DNA from: Octopus sinensis
Taxonomy: Eukaryota
NCBI RefSeq assembly: GCF_006345805.1
Contig: NC_043002.1
Coordinates: 22,568,001 to 22,632,000, forward strand
Length of the DNA: 64,000 nt
Direction of reading: 5' to 3'
The number at the start of each line of letters is the position of its first letter. Positions within the stretch are counted from its first letter, which is position 1. Positions 13,380-26,804 of this stretch are shown here, piece by piece. The notes beneath the pieces are model-generated. The model did no database searches. It worked only from the letters and a program-made list of their open reading frames with translations, and was not told the origin of the DNA. Position numbers and translations under genes: made by a program.

Positions 13380-14222
13380 GTGGTAGTGATGACGGTGGTG
13401 GTGGTGGTGGTGGTGACAGTGGTGGTGGTGTGGTGGTGGTGGTGGTGACAGTGGTGGTGGTGGTGGTGGTGGTGGTGGTGGTGACGGTGATGGTGGTGGT
13501 GGGGACGGTGATGGTGGTGGTGATGGTGGTGACGATGGTGATGGTGGTATACATTGGTAACGGTGGTGGTAGTTGTAGCTGTAGTGGCGATGGTGGTGCT
13601 GGTGGTGGTAGTGGTAGTTATGATGGTAGTAGTGGTAGTAGTGACGTTGATGATGGTGGTGGTGGTGTGGTGGTGGTAGCGGTGTTGGTGGTGTTGATGG
13701 TTGTGGAGGTAGTGTATATGGAGGGGGTGATAATGGTAGTGATAGTGATGATGAGGCTGACGATGGTAGTGATGGTATTGAGCATTTTGGTGGTGGTGGT
13801 GGTGGTGGTGGTGGTGGTGGTGGTGGTGGTGGTGGTGGTGGTGGTGGTGGTGGTGATAATGCTGAGGATGGTAGTGGTGATGCTGAAATGATGTTTATGA
13901 TGGTGGCAGTTGGGGGAGGGTGCGATGTTTGTAGTGATTGCTGTGGTGATGAGTGGTGGTTGCAGCGGTAGTGACTGTAGTTGTTGTAGCAGTGATAGTC
14001 TCGGGGGGTAGTGTTCAAATAATAATGTTATTAGTGATAATGATAATGATGTGGCTAATGGTAGGGATAATCATAGCGATGGTAGCATTAGTGGTAGTGT
14101 TGTTTTGGTGGTAGTACCAATGGTTTTACGACTTATTCCTAATGGTGGAATGACGAAAGTGATAATGGTATTGAGGTAGTGATGAAGGTGGAGACAATTA
14201 TAACACCGGCTCTTGCTCAAGG

Positions 14223-14254
<32 letters not shown>

Positions 14255-14844
14255 GGTGGTGGTGGTGGTGGTGGAGGTGGTGGTGGTGGTGATGGTGGTG
14301 GTGGTGATGGTGGGGATTTTGGTGATATTGTTGTTGGTGGTGCTGGTAGGAGTCGTGGTGATGATGATGGTGATGGTGATGGTGTTGGACGTGATGGTGG
14401 TGGTAGTGGTGGTGAAAGTGGTGGCGGTGGCGATGAAGGTGTTAGTGGTGGTTGTGGTGGTTGTGGTGGTGGTGGTGGCGGCGACAGGAATAGTGGGGGA
14501 GGGTGACAGCAGTGGTGCAGGTGGTGATGGTAGTGGTGGTGGTGGTGGTGACGACGACAGTGGTTTAATGGTAGTTTGGCGTGGGCGTGTTTGGAGATAT
14601 TGGACAGAACCTGCTAACAACGAATGATAGTTGTGGTGTAATGTTAGTTGTTGTGTATATGTAATTCAGTTATGGAAGTAGCAGAGATAATGACAGTGGT
14701 CGACAGCGGTGGTGATGGTGGTGGTGGTGGTGGTGGTAGTGGTGGTGGTAGTGGTGGTGGTTTTGGTGGTTGGTGGTGGTGATGACGGCGGTTTTGCTGG
14801 CGTTGTTGGTGATTGTAGAAATCTTGGTGGTGGTAGTGGTGGTG

Positions 14845-14903
<59 letters not shown>

Positions 14904-14990
14904 CATCTTGGTAGAGTTAGTGGTGGTGGCACTAGAGGCGTTAATGGGAGTGAAGATAGAAAATGGTGGCGGTAGTAGTAGAAATGTAGA
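13380..14990. repeat. (GGT)n/(GAT)n/(GTA)n compound trinucleotide block
   Basis: Visible runs; they produce the poly-V/G/P/T ORFs. Confidence 0.9.
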
Positions 14991-15054
14991 TGGTGGTTGC
15001 GCTAGCTTTTGCATAAAAGAAAATGATAGTTACGTGTACTTGTATATTTGTTAA

Positions 15055-15129
<75 letters not shown>

Positions 15130-15247
15130 TCTGTGTGTGTGTGTGTGTGTGTGACAGAGAGAGTATGTGGTGTATCTGTATATTTATTCCTATATGAAAG
15201 TGTGATTTATGTAGGTATATGCACTTCTCTATGTGTGTACGTGCGTC

Positions 15248-15279
<32 letters not shown>

Positions 15280-15850
15280 TGTGTGTGTGCGCGCGCGTGT
15301 ATAGCTAAATATTATTAGAGGCACAAAAGAGAATGCATAAAATTAAATGGGAAGTAAGAAGGAGTAGAGATTTGTATACACAAGTATATACACCCATCTA
15401 TATGTATACATAATATACATACCTATATAAATGTATATATATATATGCATATATTAAGTGCTTAAATATATGATGCATATATATATATATATACACACAC
15501 ACATATATATATGTACACGCACACACATATACTTGTATATATACAAATACACACATACATGTATGCATACACATGCATACATATGCACATATCTTTGTTG
15601 ATCTGTGTTTCATATATGAGTGTGTGCGCGTGAATGTATGTGTATGAGGGAGATTGCGCTCGTGTGGTAGGCTTTGTGTGTCTATGCATTTGTTTATATA
15701 AATATGTGTGCGTGTATGTATGTATGCATGTATGTATATCTGTATGTAAATCTGTGTGTGATATATATATACACATACCTAAAAACACGTGCATACACAT
15801 TCACACTAACACACACAAATATATTTGCATATGTGTATAGATGAATGATT

Positions 15851-15908
<58 letters not shown>

Positions 15909-16160
15909 TATACACATATATATGTACATATAAATACATGTGTGTGTATATATATATATACATTTATATATACATATAAATGTGTATATATATGCATATA
16001 TACATATACATATATATACATATATACATGCATATTTATAAACATAATCAGGTATTTGTGCTTAAATATGTTTACTTTTAAACACACATATCTATGTGTA
16101 TGTATATATCTGTGTGTGTGTGTCTGTCTGTCGATGTGTCTGTGTTGGTACGTATGTATA

Positions 16161-16196
<36 letters not shown>

Positions 16197-16640
16197 TGTA
16201 TGTATCGATACAAACGGCCAACACATACATATCAGGGAGAAATCAATGATATTCCAACATACTCGTTTTTTACATTTATTTCGATAGTGCAATATTGTTG
16301 CAACTCTGTGCACTGCTTGCATGCATCTTATCTTCATAGATACTAAGTGCATTTACTATGCATCCACTGATGTAGATTTATAGTATATTATGTTGAGTTC
16401 TTTATTTGCTGTGCATTAGCAGAACATTATGACAATGTATACACACAGTCATGTATGCGTATATCATACATACATACATACATACATACATACATACATA
16501 CATACATACATACATACACACTCACACACACACACACACATACATACATACATACATACATACATACATACATACATACATACATACATGCATACAAACA
16601 TACATACAAACATACATACATACACACACACATATGAATA
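15055..16640. repeat. (TG)n/(TA)n/(TACA)n microsatellite field
   Basis: Directly visible. Confidence 0.9.
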
Positions 16641-17334
16641 ATAGTAACTACAGATTTTTCTGTTGTGTCTATTTTATTTTATTGTCCGTAAAAGACTCAT
16701 CAAACGTCGTTTATTAGTCCCAATTTTTTGAAGAGAAGCATGATTCTTAGACTGTGGAACTGAGTTTTTCTCATTGAAACATGCAGGGAAATATGGAGAA
16801 TTATTGTGAAAAGTATTGATACGCTGGGACTAGAAAATGTGACAAAATTATCCTACTATGTCCAACATTTAAAATACTGAGTTTCCAGCCATAACTTTAA
16901 ATGGATGATTTTTGGAATTTCAGAGCCTTCTAAAAATGGAAGAGAACGTAACTTTTTATCCGCGAAAAAATGTCTAATCACCCAAAATCTACACAACAGT
17001 GGACACATTTGAAATTCAGATCAGATATTTTCGGGAAGTAGTAACATTTTGTGAAGCATCACACTTAACTAACTCATACATTCTTCCACATAGTTTCCAT
17101 CTATCAAATTCGCTCACAAGGCATTGATCAGCTCATGGCTTAAGTGGAAGGTACTTTCCCAAGGTGTCACACAGTAGGACAGAATCCAAAACCACATGGG
17201 TGTAAAACGAGCTTTCTGATTCACACAGCCATGTTTGTGTCTAAAAAACCTTGTCAGCTCCTTCAGGCCATACCTTCATTTATAAATATTTTCCACATTT
17301 TGTTGCTTCTGATTCTCCCGAATCAATATCATTG

Positions 17335-17665
17335 AAATGAAAACCGCACAGATAAACGTACAACGACCCGGAATGAACTCCAGTAATTTGAGGGAATCGA
17401 ACTGATGCTAAACCCAGTATATAGTCTGGAAGTATCTCCCTAGGATTATTACTTGTTTCGAACCATGAGGAGGTGGCAGCTTCAATGAAGGAGTTCTCAT
17501 GGAAGGACAAAAACTGATATCAGCGCAGGATCAAAGAACTTGAAGAAACGTGGCCTCAGGCGCTGCAACACGTTGGCCTCTACTTTAAATGCTAGGCTAC
17601 TTTTGTTGTAACTTGATGAATAATGCAAATAAGTTACCAAAATATTGCATGACTTTTGACTCAAC
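17335..17665 (+). mobile_element. Highly decayed mariner C-terminal remnant
   Basis: FEGIELMLNPVYSLEVSP*DYYLFRTM resembles HPPYSPDLAPSDY.LFRSM. HEEVAASMKEFSWKDKN*YQRRIKELEETWPQALQHVGLYF resembles the mariner tail. Confidence 0.65.
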
Positions 17666-18054
17666 ACAAAATAAATGTAACCAGCTGTAGTTCTTCTATT
17701 TTGATACATAAACGATTAAGATTGATTTTCGATTTACGTTTTACTTTTGTTTTCCATTACGTTCTCTACTCAAATTTGTTAAAAGCGTAACACGCGAACA
17801 TATGGCGTGACATGCACAATATTAGAGATATTTTTATCTATGTTTTTTAATAATTCACTGCAAATTTCGTTTCTTGTTCATTCGGTATTATGCACTGTAA
17901 TGCAGTGAAGGCTTTTCCACGTTTGAATGTATACGAACGTTTTAAATATAAATGTACACAGCTGCGTTTTAATCTTCATTATTTAATGTGCCTTTAAGAA
18001 GTAAGAACTTTTTTCTTGCGCCCTAGGACTCAAAAGGCCGGTTACCTGGTTTCT

Positions 18055-18287
18055 TATTTCTTTATTGCCCACAAGGGGCTAAACATAGAGGGGACAAACA
18101 AGGACAGACAAAGGGATTAAGTCGATTATATCGACACCAGTGCGTAACTGGTACTTAATTTATCGACCCCGAAAGGATGAAAGGCAAAGTCGACCTCTGC
18201 GGAATTTGAACTCAGAACGTAGCGTCAGACAAAATACCGCTAAGCATTTCGCCCGGCGTGCTAACGATTCTGCCAGCTCGCAGCCTT
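18055..18287 (-). mobile_element. SINE family A (tRNA-like head with GAGTTCAAAT B box)
   Basis: Full-length reverse complement of the copy at 18323-18554. Confidence 0.9.
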
Positions 18288-18322
18288 AATATATACATAT
18301 TGCTAATATGTATTTTGTCCTG

Positions 18323-18690
18323 AAGGCAGTGAACTGGCAGAATCGTTAGCACGCCGGGCGGAATGCTTAGCGGTATTTCGTCTGCGTTACGTTGTGAGTT
18401 CAAATTCCGCCGAGGTCGACTTTGCCTTTCATCCTTTCGGGGTCGATAAATTAAGTACCAGTTACGCACTGGGGTCGATGTAATCGACTTAATACCTATG
18501 TCTGTCCTTGTTTGTCCCCTCTGTGTTTAGCCCCTTGTGGGTAATAAAGAAATAGGTATTTCGTTCGTCTTTACGTTCTGAGTTCAAATGTCACCGGGAT
18601 CGACTTTGCCTTTCATCCTTTTGGGGGTCGATGAAATAAGTTCCAGCTGAGTACTAGAGTCGATGTAATCGATTTAGTCCCTTCTTCGAA
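18323..18690 (+). mobile_element. SINE family A plus a tandem partial copy
   Basis: gaactggcagaatcgttagcacgccgggc...gagttcaaattccgccgaggtcgactttgcc...ccccttgtgggtaataaagaaata, then a restart at 18555. Confidence 0.9.
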
Positions 18691-18886
18691 ACTGCATGCG
18701 AATCGGGCCCGATAGAATCTACTGGGTCATCAGACCCTCCTGCATAGCCAACGCGACACCACCCATTATAGCCAAGGAGGACTCCCCATCCCCCGTATAA
18801 CAAATGCGAATTACACAAAGTCTACCCGACAGCTGACGCGACTGTATGGACGCCCCAAACCCATTATCATTATTATTATTATTATT

Positions 18887-19444
18887 GAGTGAGAGAGTAA
18901 TGCATGCCATCAAAGTGACACTGGGGTAAAATATACAAAACCCAGTATACCCATCATGACTACCCGTCTGATAAGGGTACACTAGGCACATGCATCACAA
19001 CCATATGTGCGCAACATGGTGATTTCATATCAAGATAAACAGCACATGACCTTGCAGGTGGGGCCCAGTTAGAATTTTGTTCAGGTCGAGTAGCCCATCC
19101 TGCTCAAAAGGTCCCTCAATAAGGGTTGTTTAAGGATGTTAAACGAAACACCTATGTTTCCAAAGGTGAATTATCCAAACCCCAAAGAATTCCTCTCAAC
19201 ACATGGCTATGATGCTCCCCCACTACTTCTGCTCATGATCAGAGATGCACATAACGTCAGCAACTAAGGGACATGCTCAACTGGTTATGGTCAAACAACT
19301 GAGAAGCAAATCTGTGGTATTGAGCAGAATATTTGCTGTAGCCCATCTTTTATACCAAGACAAAACAATGGTACATGATAACACTTCCAATCAGTTAAGA
19401 TCAGGAACCATGAGAGCCACTGCCTGGTACTGCAGCCACTGCCT
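18887..19444 (-). mobile_element. About 560-bp non-coding element inserted in (TAA)n
   Basis: Bounded by (ATT)n on both sides. Its left terminus (gagtgagagagtaatgcatgccat) recurs as an isolated 24-bp piece within (ATT)n at 21329-21352. Confidence 0.5.
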
Positions 19445-19466
19445 TATTATTATTATTATTATTATT

Positions 19467-19556
<90 letters not shown>

Positions 19557-19574
19557 TATTATTATTATTAATAT

Positions 19575-21050
19575 TATTACTTTTTTTTCTTCTTTCAAAT
19601 TTGCTTCCATTCTTGCCGAGTGTCTTCCCGACTCCTAGGGCAAAGAAACTCATAGTATATATTGGTAGGCCATTAAACCAAACTCAATAGTTCGTTCATT
19701 TTTTTTTTTTTAAGTTAAATTAAAATACATGAGCAGCAACAGTTCTCACATCGACAATGCTCTTCTCAATACGTGTGATGTACCAGTTAAGACAATCTTT
19801 TGCACTTCTTGCAGGGATGGTAAGCCAGGGATCATTCTCATATAATTTCGGTTCCCTTCTTGATCATTCCTAGCGCTCCTACGATCACTGGTATTGTAAC
19901 CGCCTTGAGATGCCACATTTTCTCAATTTCAATGAGTAGTTTATTGGCCTTGATGGTTCGGTCTGTATGTACTGGAAAGTCCCACAGAATGGTTACATTT
20001 TCTCCTTCAGTTACAGCCTCAGGGTGGTGATTATACCACTTGTCGGCAGTTTTGATATTGTAATGCCGACTTATTAGCCAGTGTAGATATTGGCCAACTC
20101 TGTCATGTCTTAATTTATACTCCACTGGTGCTAAGACTTTACATCCAGAGATTAGGTGGTCCACTGTTTCAATCATGTCGTTGCAGAATCAGCATTTTGG
20201 GTCTGCTCCATTTTTCATCACATTGGCCTGGTAGTTCCGGGTTAATAGGCTTTGATCTTGAGCAGCCAGGATGAAACCTTCGCTCTCTGCTTTTAGCCCT
20301 GAGCTCCGTAGCCACTGATGGGTTTGCTTCTGGTCAACATCAGTTTGTTTGCTGCGGGCCACATATTGCCGTGCAGAGGTTTCTCCTCCCACCTATCAGC
20401 CAATTGCTCGTGCGCTTTTTTCGTTGCCATTATTTTTACCTTCTTTGCAACAATAGTTGCCGTACTTCCCTCGGGTTGTTCAGTTTGGGTATCCTGCACG
20501 AGATCAATAGCAAATTTTTTGCTTTCCTTTATGATAGAATGAAGCTTCTTTCGTCTCTCGTGATTTTCCACGAGCTTTAGCATCCAGTCATTCGTTATTT
20601 CGAGATATTTGGCCAGTCCAATTGTGGTTGTTTTGTAAGCTAGTTCAAATTGGATCAGGCCTCGACCTCTTTGGGCTCTGGGAAGGTAAAGGCGATCTGC
20701 GTCTGCCTTTGAGTGGTGCATCCTATTACAACTCAGCAGCTTGCGTATTTTCCTATCTATATTCTTTACTTCACTCATATTCCAGTTCAACACATTGTAG
20801 CTATAAGTAACAACTGGAACTGCTAAGGAATTTATAGCTAACACCTTGTTACGTGCATTTTGTTCAGATTTCAGGACTGCACGAACTCTCCTATAACATT
20901 CCTTCCTGATCTTCTCTTTCATGCTTGCATGCTGAATACCAGAGCCTTCATTTATCCCTAAATATTTGTATGTTTGTTCTTGCTCAAGCTCTCTTATGAC
21001 TGTGTCAACATCTAACACAACATCTAATAATAATAAACATAACATCTAAT
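19575..21050 (-). mobile_element. R4/Dong-clade non-LTR retrotransposon, 5'-truncated
   Basis: ORFs 20293-21045 (YKYLGI..RLYLPR..GRGL), 20189-20392 (EGFILAAQDQ..DPKC) and 19838-20176 (ETVDHLISGC..RHD..ILWDF..TDRTIKAN). Flanked by (TAA)n on both sides. Confidence 0.88.
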
Positions 21051-21138
21051 AATAATCAACACAACATCTAATAATAATAAAACACATCTAATAACAATCA
21101 ACATCTAATAATAATATTATTATTAATATTATTATTAA

Positions 21139-21172
<34 letters not shown>

Positions 21173-21191
21173 TATTATTATTATTATTATC

Positions 21192-21259
<68 letters not shown>

Positions 21260-21284
21260 TTTATCTTTATTATTATTATTATTA

Positions 21285-21321
<37 letters not shown>

Positions 21322-21349
21322 TATTATTGAATGAGAGGGCAGTGCATGC

Positions 21350-21402
<53 letters not shown>

Positions 21403-21431
21403 CATCATCATCATCATTATTATTATTATTA

Positions 21432-21482
<51 letters not shown>

Positions 21483-21727
21483 TCTTGTTTCACAGCCAAT
21501 ACATCATTTCAAAAATATTGTGTTTACACAGAATTCCAACAATAGAGTGATACATTTAAATTGTCAGAAGCATGGAAAACTTATTCCATTACAACAAAAT
21601 AACATTTTCTATTGTTCCTTTGTATTTACATCTTTGGAACAAATCATAAGTTTAATGCTTAATTTAGTTAATTAATCTGTCATACTTTCATGACGTATCA
21701 TTGTAAAAGACAAATAATATAATCCTT

Positions 21728-21935
21728 TCTACTACGGGTACAAAACCTTAAATTTTTGGGGAGTGGGGTTTAGTCGAGCTCATCAACTCATTAATTGATT
21801 GGTACTTATTTTATCGACCTCGAAATGTTGAAAGGCAAAATCAGCCTCGGCAGAATTGAAGCGCAGAACCTGAAGCCGAAAGAAAAACCCATAAGCATTT
21901 TATCCGCCGTTCCAACAATTTTGCTAGCTTGCCTC
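21728..21935 (-). mobile_element. SINE family A, diverged
   Basis: ggtacttattttatcgacctcgaaatgttgaaaggcaaaatcagcctcggcagaattgaa matches the family A reverse complement. Confidence 0.75.
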
Positions 21936-22059
21936 CTTCGAGGGCGAGCGATAACAAAAGTCTGTCGATGTAGCGTTTGCAAGATATATAGAAGTGTATT
22001 TGTAATGGCAATTGTAGAGTTTAACATTCCGTCTCTGTAGTACTTTATTCCATCCTTTC

Positions 22060-22826
22060 TTGAGGTAAAGCAGCTCTGAGATTATAAAAATGCAGGAAAG
22101 ACTGAAGTCAGCTGATTGTATAAGGAACGGGGTGAGAAACCAATGATGTGACGAAGGAGAAGGTGTATTTGCCGATTGTCGGAAGAGCTTTTCCGCAGCC
22201 CGTTCTTTTAACTGAGCGGCGGTCCTGGATCGAGCCTAGGCCGAGGCAAGGCACTTAGTACTTGCACTATCGTCAGACGCTCACAGTTCTCTGCCAGTTG
22301 AGCAATGCAATCGACAGAAGTTCCTTTATGGCGTTCTATAGAGGCATAGTAGCGGGAGACGCATTGGGAGACTCTGAGCTTTGGCGTGAATGGTTGGTTT
22401 GTTACAGAGGGCAATTGGAAGGGACCCTTGGATAAATTTCTAGAAATCTTTAGTCCGGCACTGCTACCGAGGAAAAAGGAAAGTGGGAATGGAGAAAAGG
22501 AAAATGAGGCCGGAGGGGAAAGTACTGTTTTCCAGCAAATTTGCTGAAAATGAGTAAATGTGGAAAGGATGGTCCGAGTGAACGGGGATGCTCTGAGCAT
22601 GCAACTGTCGATAAGAGATGAGGATTAGGAAAATGACCTTGCTCTACTGGTAAGGGCGATGTGGTTTTGTGGTGTTTCTACGAGAAGCCCTCGGAAGTTT
22701 CTGTTCTTTTGGGGAATAATTGTTTGGATTATTGCAGAATTTTTTCGCAATCATTCTGTTTACACGCTTCTCATCATATCGTATTGTATCGTCCTGTATT
22801 GTCCTCTATCAGTTTTGTAAACCCTT
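22060..22826 (+). mobile_element. Tx1/L1-like LINE 3' fragment with internal deletion
   Basis: SSFMAFYRGIVAG..PLDKFLEIF..QIC*K*VNVERMVRVNGDALSMQL parallels the C-terminus of the 27195-28570 copy (NVARMLRMKGPALRMLL*). Confidence 0.65.
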
Positions 22827-22832
22827 AATCGT

Positions 22833-22833
22833 C

Positions 22834-22887
<54 letters not shown>

Positions 22888-22957
22888 GGTGGTGGTGGTG
22901 GTGGTGGTGGTAGTGGTGGTGGTGGTGGTGGTGGTGGTAGTGGTGGTGGTGGTGGTG

Positions 22958-23018
<61 letters not shown>

Positions 23019-23079
23019 CAGCAGCAGCAGCAGCAGTGGTAGTAGTAGTAGTAGTAGTAGTAGTAATGGTGGTGATAGT

Positions 23080-23111
<32 letters not shown>

Positions 23112-23225
23112 TAGTAGTAGTTGTAGTAGTAGTAGTAGTAGTAGTAGTAGTACGAGGGGAGGAGGAGGAGGAGGAGGAGGAGGAGGAGGATGGAGTACCA
23201 GTAACAGCAGCAGTTGTGTTGTTGT
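22833..23225. repeat. (AGT)n/(GGT)n/(AGC)n/(GGA)n compound microsatellite
   Basis: Directly visible. Confidence 0.95.
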
Positions 23226-23470
23226 TGTCGTTTACTTAATAAAAGGTGAGATATCCATTTGTTATTTACCCGGAACCGTGATTAAGATGGAGATGTGACA
23301 GTTGGCAACGACGCCCTTAAAATAACAATGGTTAATAGAGAGTTCGGGATAGATAAAGTAGCTAATATTGAAACATTATATCCTGGGTTTTATATACAAA
23401 ATTACATTGAGCACACTTACACACTTTCTCCTTACTCTTCTTTCTCTGTCCCGCCCCCTCTCTCTCTCGG

Positions 23471-23544
<74 letters not shown>

Positions 23545-23669
23545 TATGAGAATATGTGTGTCTGTGTGTGCATGCGTGTTTGTATGTGTGTGCTTGCAGA
23601 TATATGTGTGATTATTTGTATGTGTATGCACTTATAAGGATATAAATATATGGAGGCATATGCATATAC

Positions 23670-23717
<48 letters not shown>

Positions 23718-23719
<2 letters not shown>

Positions 23720-23905
23720 CTGAAATTTATAGGGAAGCAAAAGACCAAGACAGGTGTATGAACAACAAGCAAGTCTATTAGTTTAACGCTCGGGGAAAAT
23801 GAAAAGTATTTTACGTTTCGAACCTACGCTCTTCAACAGAAAGGAATAAGAGAGCATAAACAGAGCGAGGGAGAGAGTGAAAAAAGCTTGTAGATTTCAG
23901 TGGTC
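23718..23905 (-). mobile_element. Penelope-tail-like repeat with a hammerhead-like motif at 23808-23843
   Basis: Homologous to 42600-42780. Minus strand reads CTTT CTGTTGA A GAGC gtag GTTC GAA ACGT A AAA. Adjacent to (TA)n. Confidence 0.6.
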
Positions 23906-23936
23906 CACCTATATATATATATATTATATATATATA

Positions 23937-23975
<39 letters not shown>

Positions 23976-24187
23976 TTATGAGAGGTAATGGTGTCAAGAA
24001 GACACAAAGGAGTCAGGTAATGCTGAGTAAGTGCTATGGACAGACTATAGTTAAGCTCCAGATTCGGTGATTATGCGAATGAGGAGTCCAACGTAGATCA
24101 TATATCAGCATGTGTATATATAAAGACAATTTTCAGAATGCGATAAAAATCCAAGGCTGTGAAAGATTTCAGAACATTTATAAATAG

Positions 24188-24235
24188 GTCTTACAGCTGT
24201 CTCTGGGATATTTTATATATCACTTCATCGGAGAC
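24188..24235 (-). ncRNA. Degenerate type I hammerhead motif
   Basis: Minus strand reads GTCT CCGATGA AG TGATAT ataaa ATATC CCA GAG ACAGCTGT A AGAC. Stem I GTCT/AGAC, palindromic stem III, GUA triplet. Core deviations U4C and A14G. Confidence 0.6.
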
Positions 24236-24686
24236 GTGTGAAAAAATGGTTAAAGAATAGTTATTCTAGATAAGATATGAAATAGAGAGTGAAGTGGAGG
24301 AATGAAAATAGACGTGAGATATGCAGGGATATTGTATCTTTAGTTCCATTATTTAGGTAGAATGGTATACATATAAGATTCCTGTACCATGTAAGTTCCA
24401 ATAGTATTTAAAATTGGTGACACAATTGCATAGACAAATTTGCATACTAAACACTTTCGTGGTAGCTGATTCGTAAATATTAATCAGTTTGCAACAGTAA
24501 TATACGACCAGTTCTATACTACCAATTTTAGAGAAAAATCTATCAAGAGAATCTTAAATGTTGCTCTTCAAGATCGCGTATTGCCCAATTCACTCAGAAA
24601 AAGATTATCCTCCTTACTTCTCTTGGTTTGTTCCCTCTGATTATCATCTTTTCAGATCATTACAACATTATTTAGTGTGAAAACAA

Positions 24687-25365
24687 GGCGGCGAGCTAGT
24701 AGAAACGTTAGCACGCCGGGCGAAATGCGTAGCCGTATTTCGTCTGCCGCTACGTGCTGAGTTCAAATTCCGCCGAGATCAACTTTGCCTTTCATCCTTT
24801 CGGGGTCGATTAAATAAGTACCAGTTACACACTGAGGTTGATGTAATCGACTTAATCCGTTTGTCTGTCCTTGTTTGTCCTCTCTGTGTTTAGCACCTTG
24901 TGGGCAGTAAAGGAATAGGTATTTCGTCTGGCTTTACGTTCTGAGTTCAAATTCCGCCGAGGTCGACTTTTCCTTTCATTCTTTCGGTGTTGATAAATTA
25001 AGCACCAGTTACGCACATAGGTCGATATAATCGACTTAATCTGTCCGTCTGTCCTTGTTTGTCTCCTCAGTGTTCAGCCCCTTGTGGGTTATAAAGAAAC
25101 AGATCAATTAAGTACCAGTTGGACACTGGAAAATTTGAATATTTTATTATAATTATTGTTGTTAAGGTGGTGAGCTGGCAGAATCGTTAGCACGCCGGGC
25201 AAAATGCTTAGCGGCATTTCGTCGGTCTGAATTCAAATTCCGGCGAGGTCGACTTTTCGTTTCATTCTTTTGGGGTCGATAAATTGAGTATTGGTGAAAC
25301 ACTGGGGTTGATATAATCGACTAGTTCCCTCCCCTCAAATTTCAGGCTATGTGTCATTAGTACAC
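24687..25365 (+). mobile_element. Three tandem SINE family A copies
   Basis: Units at about 24687-24918, 24919-25101 (headless) and 25165-25365, each with gagttcaaattccg or aattcaaattccg. Confidence 0.85.
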
Positions 25366-25519
25366 AAGATTATTGTTGCTGTTGTTGCTGTTTAAACCTT
25401 GGCTCAAACCTTGCGAACTAGGTCCATAATCACAGGTAGAGCAGCATTGGTCATCTCGCCATAGGTCCCGTATTTCTAAGGGCTACTCATTTCGTATGCC
25501 TCTTCGTATTAAACGATAA

Positions 25520-25826
25520 ACGTCGCCCTTTTCAAGCCTAGCCAGGCTCATAGGCTCGGTTTCCCGGTTTCTGTGGTGTATGTGTTCCCCCCAGCTGGAC
25601 GGGACGCCAGTCCATCGCAGCGTTCCTCAAGAAACAGGAAGAGAGAGTGAGAGAAAGTTGTAGCGAAAGAGTACAACAGGGGTTGCCCCCCCCCTGCCGG
25701 AACCTCATGGAGCTTTTAGGTATTTTCGGTCAATAAACACACACAACGCCCGGTCTGGGAATCGAAACCGCGGTCCCCCGACCGCGAGTCCGTTGCCCTA
25801 ACCACTGGGCCATTGCGCCTCCACAT
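25520..25826 (-). mobile_element. tRNA-derived SINE family C with V-domain-like core
   Basis: Minus strand: A box TGGCCCAGTGG, B box GGTTTCGATTCCC, core gctgcgatggactggcgtcccgtccag resembling the V-SINE domain. Confidence 0.8.
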
Positions 25827-25977
25827 GCCTCTTCGTATTATAAAACTGTAATGTGTGGGAAATTTGAGGAAAATTTGGCTACTATATCTATTACCGTAGA
25901 AGCTCCTATGAGTATGTTATCTCATGGCGAACTTACTCCCATATGTCAATCAGTTGTGGTCTCCTGTACGATGAATT

Positions 25978-26150
25978 TTAACCCTTTAGCATTCAGATTA
26001 CTCTCTCAAATGTAATGCTTATTTATTCACATTGTTTTGAATCAATCTGGCATTCTTTCATAGTTTCGAGATTTCGATGATTTCATGGCTTATTTTTAGA
26101 ATGACTTTGTAGGATGGGTATGAACGGCTGGATCCAGCGAAGTCGATTCC
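25978..26150 (+). mobile_element. piggyBac-like MITE, partial
   Basis: Starts TTAA-ccctttagcattcaga. Homologous (inverted) to 63625-63816. Confidence 0.55.
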
Positions 26151-26476
26151 GGTTATATTTGAACTCGGAATATAACTAGATGAAATTTACTCTCTTAATC
26201 TACCATTTCTGCTACTCTAAAACCCTCACCAACTCTATCACTGCCAGTACCGCCAACTGAAATATCCTCGACGACAATTCACCGCCGCAACGTTCGCAAG
26301 AAATGTTTGTTTTTATTTAATCATGTCAAAGGTGGTTTTGTTGTTGTTCCATTGAACATTTACAGAATTTCAAACAGAATAACATATTCCTATAAGTTCA
26401 CATGGGAGTGTGCACTAATACGTACTACCGCACAAAACACAGACATACACACAGACAGGCAGATTGGTTGATGGAG

Positions 26477-26477
<1 letters not shown>

Positions 26478-26539
<62 letters not shown>

Positions 26540-26540
26540 C

Positions 26541-26611
<71 letters not shown>

Positions 26612-26693
26612 GGATTGATGGTTGGATTGAGAGAGGGATAGATTGATAGAAAGATAGAGAGAGAGACAGAGAGACAGAGAGAGACAGACAGAC

Positions 26694-26764
<71 letters not shown>
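26478..26764. repeat. (AGAT)n microsatellite
   Basis: Directly visible. Confidence 0.95.
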
Positions 26765-26804
26765 CTCTGTCAGCTCGCCGCCTTAATGATAATAATAATC
26801 CTCT

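Noticed and set aside
18740-18772. Minus-strand CTGATGA plus hairpin (similar case near 7920-7935)
   Set aside because: The GAAA, stem III and NUH elements are missing on the same strand.
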